A stretch of 59,967 nt of DNA, filler included. It is 4 parts of 4 records of this genome, joined end to end, with 100 filler letters (N's around TTAATTAATTAA, not from the genome) between each part and the next. Parts side by side here need not be neighbours in the genome. Positions count along the whole stretch, not along the records: positions 6,162 to 27,164 come from DRR723986_10535; positions 27,265 to 40,998 come from DRR723986_10546; 2 more parts are not named here. One strand, 5' to 3'. Positions within the stretch are counted from its first letter, which is position 1. The number at the start of each line of letters is the position of its first letter. Both the position numbers and the translations under genes were made by a program. The notes beneath the pieces were generated by a model. It saw only the letters and a list, made by a program, of their open reading frames with translations, was not told the origin of the DNA and searched no databases. Shown piece after piece: positions 20,315-29,639 of this stretch.

Positions 20315-20344
20315 GAATTTGTGTTATGCGGCAGGAGGGATCCA

Positions 20345-21166
20345 ATGGCACCGAGCAAGCCGAGCTTGTTGGACAGGCTCATTGAAGGCTACGAGGTTGC
20401 AAAGAAGCCAATCGCTTATGTCGTCATGCTCGTCGCGCTTCTGCTCCAATCACTTCCAGCCGACCTAATTCCCGCGGCAGTACAGGACATTACGTACCCT
20501 GCTGTTCTGGTAGTTCTGGCCCTCATTCTCATGCAGATTCTGTTCGAGATCTACGAGAAGATTGTCAAGAGCCAAAAGGAGCTGAATATCATTGACTCAA
20601 ATGAGCTCTATCGCAAGATCCTGGACATCGTTTCCAGTGAACGGCGCGTCACTATCAAGTATCTTGGCGTCGCCGGTCGCCATGGCTGGACAAACGTTAT
20701 CGAAAAGCTTTTGAATGAGAACAAACCCGAATCACTCATCGCAAATCGGACGCGTTTCGAGATTGATGTAGCACTTCTTGACCCTAACGAGCACAAGACG
20801 AACGATCGCGTCTATCGGCGTTTTCAGGCGGTATCATCTGTGTCAGAAGCTGTCAGCTTCGCTGCGAATCATGTTGTGGAGATTGCTCCAGATTCGGAGT
20901 TGCGGCTGCACTTCTACACACATATGCCCAATATGCTCGGATTCTTAATAAATGAGAACTACCTCTTCGTCACATATACGTACTGGGAGTACCTACAAGG
21001 TGAACTGACGCTTCGAGCCGGTGGCACGGACTATTTCGTCTATGACAAAAACGATGATTTCGGAGGGCAAGAGGTCATCAAGCGGTTCTCCGGTTGGTAT
21101 GACTTCATTCTTGAATCGGCGAAAGGGCATCCGGAGGCCGGAGCAGCTACACCCGCAGCATTATAG
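20345..21166 (+). CDS. Two-TM protein with DUF5919-like (PLD/TrmB sensor-fold) soluble domain
   Basis: Two N-terminal hydrophobic helices; VALLDP and LRLHFYxxxPxxxGFLIN motifs; ATG 20345 behind AGGAGG. Confidence 0.65.
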   Translation: MAPSKPSLLDRLIEGYEVAKKPIAYVVMLVALLLQSLPADLIPAAVQDITYPAVLVVLALILMQILFEIYEKIVKSQKELNIIDSNELYRKILDIVSSERRVTIKYLGVAGRHGWTNVIEKLLNENKPESLIANRTRFEIDVALLDPNEHKTNDRVYRRFQAVSSVSEAVSFAANHVVEIAPDSELRLHFYTHMPNMLGFLINENYLFVTYTYWEYLQGELTLRAGGTDYFVYDKNDDFGGQEVIKRFSGWYDFILESAKGHPEAGAATPAAL

Positions 21167-21175
21167 CGGGTGTAG

Positions 21176-21292
21176 CTGACACCCAACAGCTCGTTTCAAT
21201 CGATCCGTGGTACCGTTCTGGCGGCGACCGTCGTGCTCCGGACCTTTACGATCAGCGCTTTGGTCGCAGCTAAACAACAGGTCCCTTACGTG
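21176..21292 (+). mobile_element. Degenerate attC-like site
   Basis: ACCCAAC (RYYYAAC) 14 nt after the stop, internal stem GCGGCGACC/GGTCGCAGC, GCTAAAC L'-like box, but the right core reads CTTACGT rather than GTTRRRY. Confidence 0.35.
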
Positions 21293-21381
21293 TTCGAATG
21301 CCATCAAAGATTGTTGGAAGCTTTGACGGAATGGCCGCCTTTGTAAAGTATGAAATGCGAATTTGATAAGGCTGAATTTGT

Positions 21382-21711
21382 ATGGAAAAGTTCTGGGAAA
21401 AAGCGTTAAAGGTTACTGGTCCCGTCGCGGTCGTCGGCATCTTAATTTGGAGTTTATTGAAATTTGTTTTCCGCGAGGATGTCGTAGCGCTTTTCGGTAG
21501 TGAGAAGCTTTTTGTGATAGTACTGATATTGGTTTCGATTCTGGCAATTGCACTGATCACTTCAATGCTCGTTAAAAAAGGGAAAGAGCTGGAAAAAAGT
21601 CAGCCGCCGCTCCAAGAAAAAAAGTATAAGACAGTCATTAACCGTTCCAAAATAAAGGGCGATTTTGTCGGCGGCGACAAAAATGTGAATACAAAGGATA
21701 AGAATGAGTAA
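21382..21711 (+). CDS. Small two-TM membrane protein with C-terminal GDFVGGDK motif; candidate effector of the downstream ABC-3C system
   Basis: Hydrophobic helices at about aa 11-30 and 43-64; 8-bp overlap (ATGAGTAA) with the next gene. Confidence 0.8.
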   Translation: MEKFWEKALKVTGPVAVVGILIWSLLKFVFREDVVALFGSEKLFVIVLILVSILAIALITSMLVKKGKELEKSQPPLQEKKYKTVINRSKIKGDFVGGDKNVNTKDKNE

Positions 21712-22249
21712 TCGAACCACTGTGAACAAGAGTTCTTTTGATGATTTTGTAAACGGTGACAAACACGTTCACGAAGCCGAACTTTTGCCTTTGGAGAAGG
21801 CCATTGCGTCGATCCAGGAACAAATAGAGGACAGTCCGGAATTCAGAGGAACTATTGAGGAGCTTGCCGAATACATTACTGATCGGCCAGGTCGTGAAAT
21901 CATTGGAGTAGAGAAAAAACTTGGAATGGGTGGACGCCAGGATCTTTTGGAAGATGCAGTATATCTTAAAAATAAGTTTGAGCGCTTTCTTGCCAAGAAG
22001 CAACTATCATTGACCGAGCAAAATGTTTACGCCCATGTTCTCGCCGTCATGGAGACTGCCTTCAACCAGATGGTCCGACCTCTTATACAGGAAGGTAGAC
22101 CGGCGTCCGAAGTCGATAGGGTGGTATACAAACACATAATTGAGCCGATCTATGCATCTGTTGTTGGATTTAACGCATCGGTTAATATTAACCTAGTGCG
22201 GGGAATGCTCTACTTTCTGACAGGCAAATGCCATTTACTTTGGGCGTAA
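21704..22249 (+). CDS. ABC-three-component (Lamassu LmuA-like) C-terminal-domain protein without an enzymatic effector
   Basis: IGVEKKLxxGGR..AxxLKxKF and terminal GMLYFLTGKCHLLW typical of ABC-3C CTDs; first gene of the CTD-MC-ATPase triad; only 181 aa. Confidence 0.8.
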   Translation: MSNRTTVNKSSFDDFVNGDKHVHEAELLPLEKAIASIQEQIEDSPEFRGTIEELAEYITDRPGREIIGVEKKLGMGGRQDLLEDAVYLKNKFERFLAKKQLSLTEQNVYAHVLAVMETAFNQMVRPLIQEGRPASEVDRVVYKHIIEPIYASVVGFNASVNINLVRGMLYFLTGKCHLLWA

Positions 22250-22253
22250 AGAC

Positions 22254-22760
22254 ATGCTCATCTATCATCCAGTTCATGACATTAATCACTGCATCTACAG
22301 GATGCTTCTCATTACGGAATCATCAACAAATGAGGAGTTTACATGGGATTTATTCAGACTTACGGACTTTTACATTTTGTTTCCTGCAATGTTGAAAACT
22401 ATATCGCCATTGCCTGCATCCTTGCGTCCTTTTAAAAGAATTCTTAATGAGATACCCGATGCCTATGAGCTAATCCCGAATAGCAAGAGGGTAATATTCG
22501 ACCTTGAAGAAATTCAACTTGCGGCCATGCAGAACCTTGTTGCAAAGGGCCTTATTGAACCCGAAAAGTTCAAAGACGGCGTTGTTGCTAGAACGCCGCT
22601 TGAGACTCCCGTGAGAATCGTTTCTGCGATCGAAGAAGATCAAAGGACTTCGCAAGAGTGGTTTCGCTTTGCAGTAAATGAATTGCCTCTCGTAGATTTT
22701 CTCGGCAAGGATGGACTGAAAGCGCGCTCAAAACTCATGGAATTTAGATATGACGGATAA
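22254..22760 (+). CDS. ABC-three-component middle component (LmuC-like)
   Basis: MLIYHPVHDINHCIYRML start, DFYILFP, GLKARSKLMEFRYD end; sits between CTD and ATPase genes. Confidence 0.82.
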   Translation: MLIYHPVHDINHCIYRMLLITESSTNEEFTWDLFRLTDFYILFPAMLKTISPLPASLRPFKRILNEIPDAYELIPNSKRVIFDLEEIQLAAMQNLVAKGLIEPEKFKDGVVARTPLETPVRIVSAIEEDQRTSQEWFRFAVNELPLVDFLGKDGLKARSKLMEFRYDG

Positions 22761-24669
22761 TCCGGAAACAGGAAAAGTAAGGCCGTTTCTGTCAATACAA
22801 CGACTATTGGTGTTAAAAGGCGATCACGCTGTTTATGACCAAGATTTTCAACTCGGAGTGAATATTATAAGGGGTGATAACGGCACCGGCAAGACGACGA
22901 TTATGGACCTGCTGTATTTCGCACTAGGGGCTGAATTGACTGACTGGACCGAAGAACAAGAACGCTGCGATGAAACCATGGTCGAGGTTCTACTTAACTA
23001 CCGACCCTATGTACTACGCCGTGAAATTGTTCAATCCGGCAAGAGCGTAATGTATATTTACGAAGGCACAATCGAAGACGCCTTGCAAGACTCCGAACAC
23101 TGGCTCCGTTATCCGAATAAGCGTTCTGCCGATACGCACAGTTATTCTCAGCAACTATTTGATCTACTTAACTTGCCTACTCACAAGACGGATGAAAACA
23201 AGAATTTGACGATGCACCAGTTATTGCGTCTCATGTATGTGGATCAATTGTCGGAAACAACGAGGTTGCTCAAAGAAGATAAGAAATTCGATAATGATTC
23301 AATGCGCCGTGCAATCGGAGAGTATATGCTCGGTATCGACGACTTGGAAGCACATAACCTACGTCAAGAACTTATTATAGTAAATAGAGATTTTGATTCG
23401 GTCAACTCGGAACTTAAAGCTATTTATCGGTTTATTGGTTCTCATGACTCAATCCTAAGAAACAATCAGATTGATGAAGAAATTGCACTATTGACTTCAG
23501 AGATTGATAAACTTGAGGCAGAACGGGCGCAGGTCAGACAGCAAAAATACGAAGTGCTCGATGAAAAAGTTCGCGAGAGCATCCAGCTGGTTAATAAAGC
23601 CCTGGAGGAATTTTCGGTCCGAGAATATGAGCTTAAACAGCGAAAAAATGAGATTTCTACAGAGTTGGTTGATACCTCGCTTTTTCTAAATTCACTGATC
23701 GACAGAAAGGTAGCACTTGAGCAATCACGGGTTGCGAGCGATGTAGTTGGGGACCTGGTATTCAAGTATTGCCCAGCATGTTTAACGCCTTTGGATAACC
23801 ATGTCGATGAAGGCCATTGTGTGCTTTGCAAATCTGATCTGTCAGCGAATGCTCGACACTACTCTTATATCCAAATGTCAAATGAAATCAATTTCCAGAT
23901 AAATGAAAGCGAAAAGTTAATTGATAGGTTTCGCGAAGAAATTGAAGGCATCAACTTGGAATTAGCTTCAACAACGAGGAGAATACACTCATTGAAAGGA
24001 GAGTATATTGAGTATAGTTCTAATGCGGACCAGGTCGATTTGATTCTTTCTCAGCTCGGCAGCAAAATCGGCTACCGAAGGAATGAGATCGAAGCCTTTG
24101 AAACTAAGCGATCCATGGTTGCCCAGATTGATGAGCTGATTGAGCGAAAAGAGAGTTTACATGAAAGAATTAACCAGTTAAAGGATCAGCTCGATCGATT
24201 GACTGAGATGACGAAAAACAGGCATACACTTGTTTACACTGACATCGAACAGATCGCCAAGACTATTATTGCCGCTGACGGTGGTTATGAGAAAGTGTTC
24301 GAGGATGTCGAAGAGGTCACGTTAGAATTTGGCCGGGACAAAATGTTCGTTAACGGTCGTTCCAAATTTTCTGCAAGCTCAATGACGATTATGAAAAACG
24401 CTATCAGAATAGCGATCTTTCTACACTGTATTGAAGACAATCTAGCAAGGTTTCCACGGTTTCTAATGCTGGACAATGTTGAAGACAAGGGTATGACGGA
24501 AAATCGCAGTCAAAACTTTCAAAGAGTGATCGTCGAAGCCTGTGATTCAATGGAAGACGATTATCAGCTTATATTCACAACGTCAATGATCGATCCTGAA
24601 TTAAACAAAAGTGAGTATGTAGTTGGTCCATTTTACAAAAAAGGTGAACATACTTTACAGTTTTCGTGA
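22750..24669 (+). CDS. SMC/Rad50-like ABC ATPase of an ABC-3C (Lamassu LmuB-like) system
   Basis: Walker A GDNGTGKT, YVDQ Q-loop, long coiled coils around CPAC/CVLC, signature FSASS, Walker B LMLDNVED. Confidence 0.9.
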   Translation: MTDNPETGKVRPFLSIQRLLVLKGDHAVYDQDFQLGVNIIRGDNGTGKTTIMDLLYFALGAELTDWTEEQERCDETMVEVLLNYRPYVLRREIVQSGKSVMYIYEGTIEDALQDSEHWLRYPNKRSADTHSYSQQLFDLLNLPTHKTDENKNLTMHQLLRLMYVDQLSETTRLLKEDKKFDNDSMRRAIGEYMLGIDDLEAHNLRQELIIVNRDFDSVNSELKAIYRFIGSHDSILRNNQIDEEIALLTSEIDKLEAERAQVRQQKYEVLDEKVRESIQLVNKALEEFSVREYELKQRKNEISTELVDTSLFLNSLIDRKVALEQSRVASDVVGDLVFKYCPACLTPLDNHVDEGHCVLCKSDLSANARHYSYIQMSNEINFQINESEKLIDRFREEIEGINLELASTTRRIHSLKGEYIEYSSNADQVDLILSQLGSKIGYRRNEIEAFETKRSMVAQIDELIERKESLHERINQLKDQLDRLTEMTKNRHTLVYTDIEQIAKTIIAADGGYEKVFEDVEEVTLEFGRDKMFVNGRSKFSASSMTIMKNAIRIAIFLHCIEDNLARFPRFLMLDNVEDKGMTENRSQNFQRVIVEACDSMEDDYQLIFTTSMIDPELNKSEYVVGPFYKKGEHTLQFS

Positions 24670-24938
24670 GCGGCTTAATATGTGACGCCCAAAGTTTCGA
24701 AAATTTGACCTTTGGTTGTTGTCTATAAGATTTGGCATGACGGCGTGGTGAGTTTTGCCCATTACATTCCAATAGTGCAATTTTTATTTTTGCCTCTCAT
24801 CTCCCTTGGAGCTAAGGGTGGGATGTTTACAGTAGGGCTCGTTCAAATATGCGACCGAATAAATAGACACGAAGTTTACCAGTACTGAGATGTTCTGATC
24901 ACATGGTCATATCAAATGGCTCAGTTCGAATACTATTT

Positions 24939-26018
24939 TCATGGTTTGTTGTGATTCGTTTTGTCTGTGCCTCGTGATCTCAAGCTGTAAAGTACAATAT
25001 CTTCCTCCAAGTACTTATATTTAGGATTACCTAATTGACGGATGTATTCTTGCAAGTTAGCGACTTTTTCCCCATTTAACCTTCTACCATAATTTTCTAC
25101 GTATTGATTTTTGTCATTTTGGACACGCCTTATTAGCCAATCAGCAAATTTGTAGGCCGATTGAGTCTCTTTATTGGGAGCAATGAATTTAAAAACCGAT
25201 ATATATATTTTAATAAATAGCATTAATGGTAAAAGTAATGCAATTAAAACACCAAAGGGTACAATAGCCGCAAGAATTATCGTGCCAATACCTTCTAAGG
25301 CGTACCACACAAAATCAAATGAAAACCCCGTTCTTAACTTATCAATCACGAAAAAAATCAAAATCAAAATTGAAAACTTAAATGTCCTTTTGTACCACCG
25401 TATTGATTTTGAACTGTTATCTTTTCTCGCGTATTGATAGGAATCAATCAAGAATTGCCGAGCTGCGTACAAGCAATTCAGTTTTGACTCAATTGAAATA
25501 TTTGACCTGAGAGCTATGATGTACTCGGTAAAAGGCCCTAGGAAGTCTAGTAGATTATTAGGATTTTCCATCAACCCGGCTTCTACTCTTTTGTGAATCT
25601 CTTGCGATTCAATTTCCGAATTGGGTGGAACCAGAATGCTTCTATTAAGGGCGTTGATTTTTTTTCTAAGGGCACTAATGCTTTGTTTTTTGTGCCATTG
25701 TATAAATAAGAGTATCGGATATTGAGTCGAAAGTGTAAAAAGAACTGTGTAATTCTGCCATTCAGGGGGAATTGACCAGGGGAAAATTGAAAAGAAAGCA
25801 TTTAACGTTAGGTCCCAGGGTGTCAAAATCAAATGAGCCAGTCTTCCAAAAAATTGAATTATTGTTTCAGCTTGAACTCCTAAACTAGATATCAAATCTA
25901 GAAAATCCTTCCATGTCTCAATTTTTGATATTACAGATAGAATTGTAACGACGGTAATTATATTCCCAATCGTGCTTATGTGTTTGCCAATTTTGGAAGA
26001 TTTCATCTGATTCTGCAA
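24939..26018 (-). CDS. Hypothetical multi-pass membrane protein
   Basis: 359-aa AT-rich ORF with several hydrophobic segments. Confidence 0.6.
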   Translation of the reverse strand: MQNQMKSSKIGKHISTIGNIITVVTILSVISKIETWKDFLDLISSLGVQAETIIQFFGRLAHLILTPWDLTLNAFFSIFPWSIPPEWQNYTVLFTLSTQYPILLFIQWHKKQSISALRKKINALNRSILVPPNSEIESQEIHKRVEAGLMENPNNLLDFLGPFTEYIIALRSNISIESKLNCLYAARQFLIDSYQYARKDNSSKSIRWYKRTFKFSILILIFFVIDKLRTGFSFDFVWYALEGIGTIILAAIVPFGVLIALLLPLMLFIKIYISVFKFIAPNKETQSAYKFADWLIRRVQNDKNQYVENYGRRLNGEKVANLQEYIRQLGNPKYKYLEEDIVLYSLRSRGTDKTNHNKP

Positions 26019-26776
26019 TAAATAGATCGCAATGGTTGCATATGATTAATGTTCTTAAGCAGCTGCAGTCTAATTAGGGGGTAAGTACAATTGCGTTCGT
26101 AAAGTCGAACTATGCAAGAGAGAGACCGTAGCCTATATGGACTTCTGAGTAATATCTGAAATTTCTTTCTCTTGCTTATTTGCAAGAACAAATCTTTCAT
26201 CCGGGTCCTAAATAGCCGTGCTCGACTCACCGCAATTAAGAACTATTGGCGAAAAATACTTAATCACCGAGACTGGCCGAAGTACATTGTAATAAGATTG
26301 CCAGTCCTTTAGAACGGTAGATCGTTTCATGATATCCCAGCGGATGATAAATCAGGTCCTAATTTATGTGTTTATTGAATTCCCCCTATCAATTGACTCC
26401 TTGGCCGGATATGACAGTTTGCTCTGAACCGATTGCCGTAATTTCAATAAACTGATTTTGATAATCAAGCATTGTTATCAGGAGGATTTGCGATTTCTTC
26501 GAAAATAAGCTTGCCATTGGAATTGAGACGATTATATAGAACTAGACAAGCCACTATGAATACTCTAAGAGTCACTAGCCATAAGGTTTCCGAAACTTGT
26601 CATAGATACAAGATAGAAACCCCAAAATCCCTTCATTTGAGCGAACTCAAAGAAAAGTGCAATTTGGACGACCATAGAGCATACTGTGATTGCTCAAGTC
26701 AATTCAACCCGATCATATATGTACTATAACTGACAAAATGTGCACGTGAAGTGAAGGGTGAAGGCCAACCTGCAAT

Positions 26777-27163
26777 TCATTCTCCATCCCCCCAAGCCCG
26801 CAAAAACTCACTTTTCGTCACTTTCTCTGTCAGCTTGATATACTTCTTCATCGTACGCATATCCTTGTGCCCGGTAATCCGCATCAGTACTTCCGGTCGT
26901 ACGCCTTTTTCCAGCGACAAAGTCACAAAAGTCCGACGCCCAGTGTGCGTTGTGATCAACTCATGCTTTGGAACTACTCTTTCGATCCGCGTTGGTCCGC
27001 GATGCTCAACCATCAGCGTCGGTTCATCGATTCCAGCCAATTCGCATAACTGTCGGATAAGTTTGTTAGCCTGTTTGTTGCCGGGATCGGGAAAACCGTT
27101 TTCAGGGCAACTTTTCAGGATTTCCCGCGCCTGTGGCATCAGCGGCAGTTTGAGATTGTCGCT
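26777..27163 (-). CDS. Tyrosine recombinase/integrase, C-terminal catalytic part (truncated by contig end)
   Basis: HTGRRTF (HxxR), TGHK and KKY catalytic motifs, in the style of Bacteroidota mobile-element integrases. Confidence 0.92.
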   Translation of the reverse strand, partial: SDNLKLPLMPQAREILKSCPENGFPDPGNKQANKLIRQLCELAGIDEPTLMVEHRGPTRIERVVPKHELITTHTGRRTFVTLSLEKGVRPEVLMRITGHKDMRTMKKYIKLTEKVTKSEFLRAWGDGE

Positions 27164-27164
27164 G

Positions 27165-27264
27165 NNNNNNNNNNNNNNNNNNNNNNNNNNNNNNNNNNNN
27201 NNNNNNNNTTAATTAATTAANNNNNNNNNNNNNNNNNNNNNNNNNNNNNNNNNNNNNNNNNNNN
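27165..27264. other. Artificial contig-joining spacer
   Basis: 44 N + TTAATTAATTAA + 44 N. Confidence 0.98.
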
Positions 27265-27339
27265 CTCACAGCCGGCATCTGAGACTCAAGACAGGTTACA
27301 AGACTTTGGCCTTTAGACTCAGGGATGAACAAAACAATC

Positions 27340-27515
27340 AAAAAGCAAGCCACAGAGCCGGAGGCGATAAGGGCGAAGCGCTCACACCCGCACGCCAAAA
27401 CCGAACACATACGCAGCAAAATTGACCACAGTGCGAGAATGTGTATCTTGATGGCGGAAGTGTCCAGGAAGTCGGGAGTAACGATGTTCAGTCTGGCAGA
27501 GCTTCCGCCGGCACA
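27340..27515. repeat. Dispersed intergenic repeat, copy 1
   Basis: AAAAAGCAAGCCACagAGCCGGAGGCG..GGCGAAGCGcTCA...GCAGCAaAATtGACcACAG...TCTGgcAGAGCTTC matches 35354-35578. Confidence 0.75.
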
Positions 27516-27542
27516 TTATTTAACAGTATCCTTTGCAGTTCT

Positions 27543-29639
27543 GTGGAAAACGAGACATTAACAAAACTACAGCGTAAAGTCGAATACAGTCGTGGCTTGC
27601 GCAAAATCAAGGCCGAAGCCGAGTTGGTCAAGGAACTGACGCGCAGTGATAATGACCGGGCATTGCAGCTGGGGCAGGAGTCTGTTAATCGCGCGCGTGG
27701 CCTGCTCACAAGAGCCCGGGAACGCAACAGTACAACCACAGAATATGAAGAACACCTGGCAATTGGTTTACTGGCGCTGGCAACACCGCTGATCTACCAA
27801 CAGAACTTTGATGAAAGTCTGCTGGTACTTAACGAGGCCATGCAACTGTTCCGCAAACAAGATTTGGTGCGCGACCTGATTAAATGCCATGAGCTAAAAT
27901 CACAATTAGCCCATAAGCAGGACCAGATTACTGAGGGTCTGGCTGAATTGGATCAAGCCCTGGAACTTGGACGCAGCGCCAACTATCACGATATGGAGCC
28001 GATGCTACATTGTAAACGCGGTGATTTCTATCGTTTTATTCGTGAGTTTGAAAAGTCGGCCGCAGCATTTATGCAGGGAATTGATGCGGCGCGCAAGTTA
28101 AACGATCGCCAGGCAGAGCTGGAGAACCTGATATATTTAAGCCGAATGTACAGCGAGGGTGCCGCGCCGCACAAAGCCATTGACTATTTGCACCAGGCCT
28201 ATGAACTTGAAATGGCGCAGAACGTGCTCGGCGGATGGCCGCGCGCCAAACTACTGGGAGACTATGCCTACCTGAGCAGTTTCCTGGGTAAAACAACACA
28301 AGCTATTCAGTTGTTTAACTCGGCGACGGACGTGGCCCTCTCGGCCGGTCACCATTTGCCTGCCAGTCTGTATCAAATGGCGCAGGCTAATTTACATGTG
28401 CTGGCCGGCGAGTATGTCACAGCCCTGGGATGTTTGCAGAAAGCCGACGCACAGTTTGCACTCGGTAACTCAGAAGACCTGCAAACCTTGTGTCTGGCAC
28501 GCATCGGCGCCGTATATGCAGCGGCCGGAATTCCAGAAATTGCACATACGTACTTTAAAAAGAGCCATGCAAGGTTTAAGGACCACGACAAGGATTCGGC
28601 TGTAAAACAGCCCTATATCCGTGCAACACTTGTGACTTTAACACAAAACCACTACACCGGTCTGCCCCTCGGAGAGTTCCTTAAAGCGGCAGACGCTTTG
28701 CTTGCCTCTGTGCAGTTTGACAAAAGCTCAATCGCCTATCTGATGTTTAAACAGTTGCAGGCGCATTTATTGGACTGCAGCGGCCAGGCCGCACAGGCAC
28801 GTGACGCCTTCCTTTTGTTAAGTCAGCAGTTCCAGGCCCACGCCTATCCTTTCCGCGAGTGCCCGATGCTCTTGCACCTGGGACGGCAACACATCGATCT
28901 GGCCGAATATGAAGCCGCACAAGAATGTTTAATGCGCGCTAATCAGCAGGCCAGGGACATGCAGGCCGAAGGTCTGCTCTACGAAATCACACAACTCCTG
29001 CGGGAGTTAAACGAGAAAGCCGGCCGGCCACAAGCCGCTGAGAAACTGCGGGCGGATGCGACGGCACAGGCGCACAAACTACGCAGCACAATTGTAAACA
29101 GCGCATTACAGCTATGGTATCAGAAATCTGTTAACCGCGAATTGAACAGTCAGGTAGAAAACTTGCAGACTGAACTAGATCAGTCCCGGAAATCCAACAG
29201 TAAACGCGAACGTTTACTTGAGTCACGCGGCGCACGCATTCAACACTTAACCGATGCCTTAAAACAATTCGCTGCCGAACTGCGCTCGAACCCTGAACCT
29301 GGTAACAACAAATTGCGCGGCCGTACATCAAAGATTGCCGAGCAAATGCAGGCCATGACGGAAGACGGTGAGTGGCAAGCCTTTGGGACTGAAGTCCAGA
29401 ATCAGGACGAAGAGTTTTTGACGCGCCTGGCACGCACACATCCCAACCTAACTGCCACCGAACGGCGCGTCTGTGCTTTGATGCGCCTGGACAAAACCAC
29501 CAAAGAACTGAGCAGTTTACTGAACATCACCCCGCGCTCGGTGCAGGCCTATCGCCATCGCATTCGCAAGAAGTTGGCAATTCCTTCAGATGCGGACTTC
29601 AATGCTACCATCCTGGCAATGATCTACCCAGATTCGTAG
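27543..29639 (+). CDS. TPR-repeat transcriptional regulator with C-terminal LuxR-type HTH
   Basis: TPR-like repeats, coiled coil, HPNLTATERRVCALMRLDKTTKELSSLLNITPRSVQAYRHRIRKKL; GTG 27543 preferred because the longer frame (27441) runs into the repeat. Confidence 0.88.
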   Translation: MENETLTKLQRKVEYSRGLRKIKAEAELVKELTRSDNDRALQLGQESVNRARGLLTRARERNSTTTEYEEHLAIGLLALATPLIYQQNFDESLLVLNEAMQLFRKQDLVRDLIKCHELKSQLAHKQDQITEGLAELDQALELGRSANYHDMEPMLHCKRGDFYRFIREFEKSAAAFMQGIDAARKLNDRQAELENLIYLSRMYSEGAAPHKAIDYLHQAYELEMAQNVLGGWPRAKLLGDYAYLSSFLGKTTQAIQLFNSATDVALSAGHHLPASLYQMAQANLHVLAGEYVTALGCLQKADAQFALGNSEDLQTLCLARIGAVYAAAGIPEIAHTYFKKSHARFKDHDKDSAVKQPYIRATLVTLTQNHYTGLPLGEFLKAADALLASVQFDKSSIAYLMFKQLQAHLLDCSGQAAQARDAFLLLSQQFQAHAYPFRECPMLLHLGRQHIDLAEYEAAQECLMRANQQARDMQAEGLLYEITQLLRELNEKAGRPQAAEKLRADATAQAHKLRSTIVNSALQLWYQKSVNRELNSQVENLQTELDQSRKSNSKRERLLESRGARIQHLTDALKQFAAELRSNPEPGNNKLRGRTSKIAEQMQAMTEDGEWQAFGTEVQNQDEEFLTRLARTHPNLTATERRVCALMRLDKTTKELSSLLNITPRSVQAYRHRIRKKLAIPSDADFNATILAMIYPDS

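Noticed and set aside
26020-26770. ORF fragments between the membrane-protein gene and the integrase
   Set aside because: Short, stop-interrupted and without identifiable similarity; possibly a pseudogene but not assignable.
26777-27163. Integron integrase serving the attC-like site
   Set aside because: Motifs fit a phage/ICE-type tyrosine recombinase, not the IntI HTLRHSFATHLL pattern.
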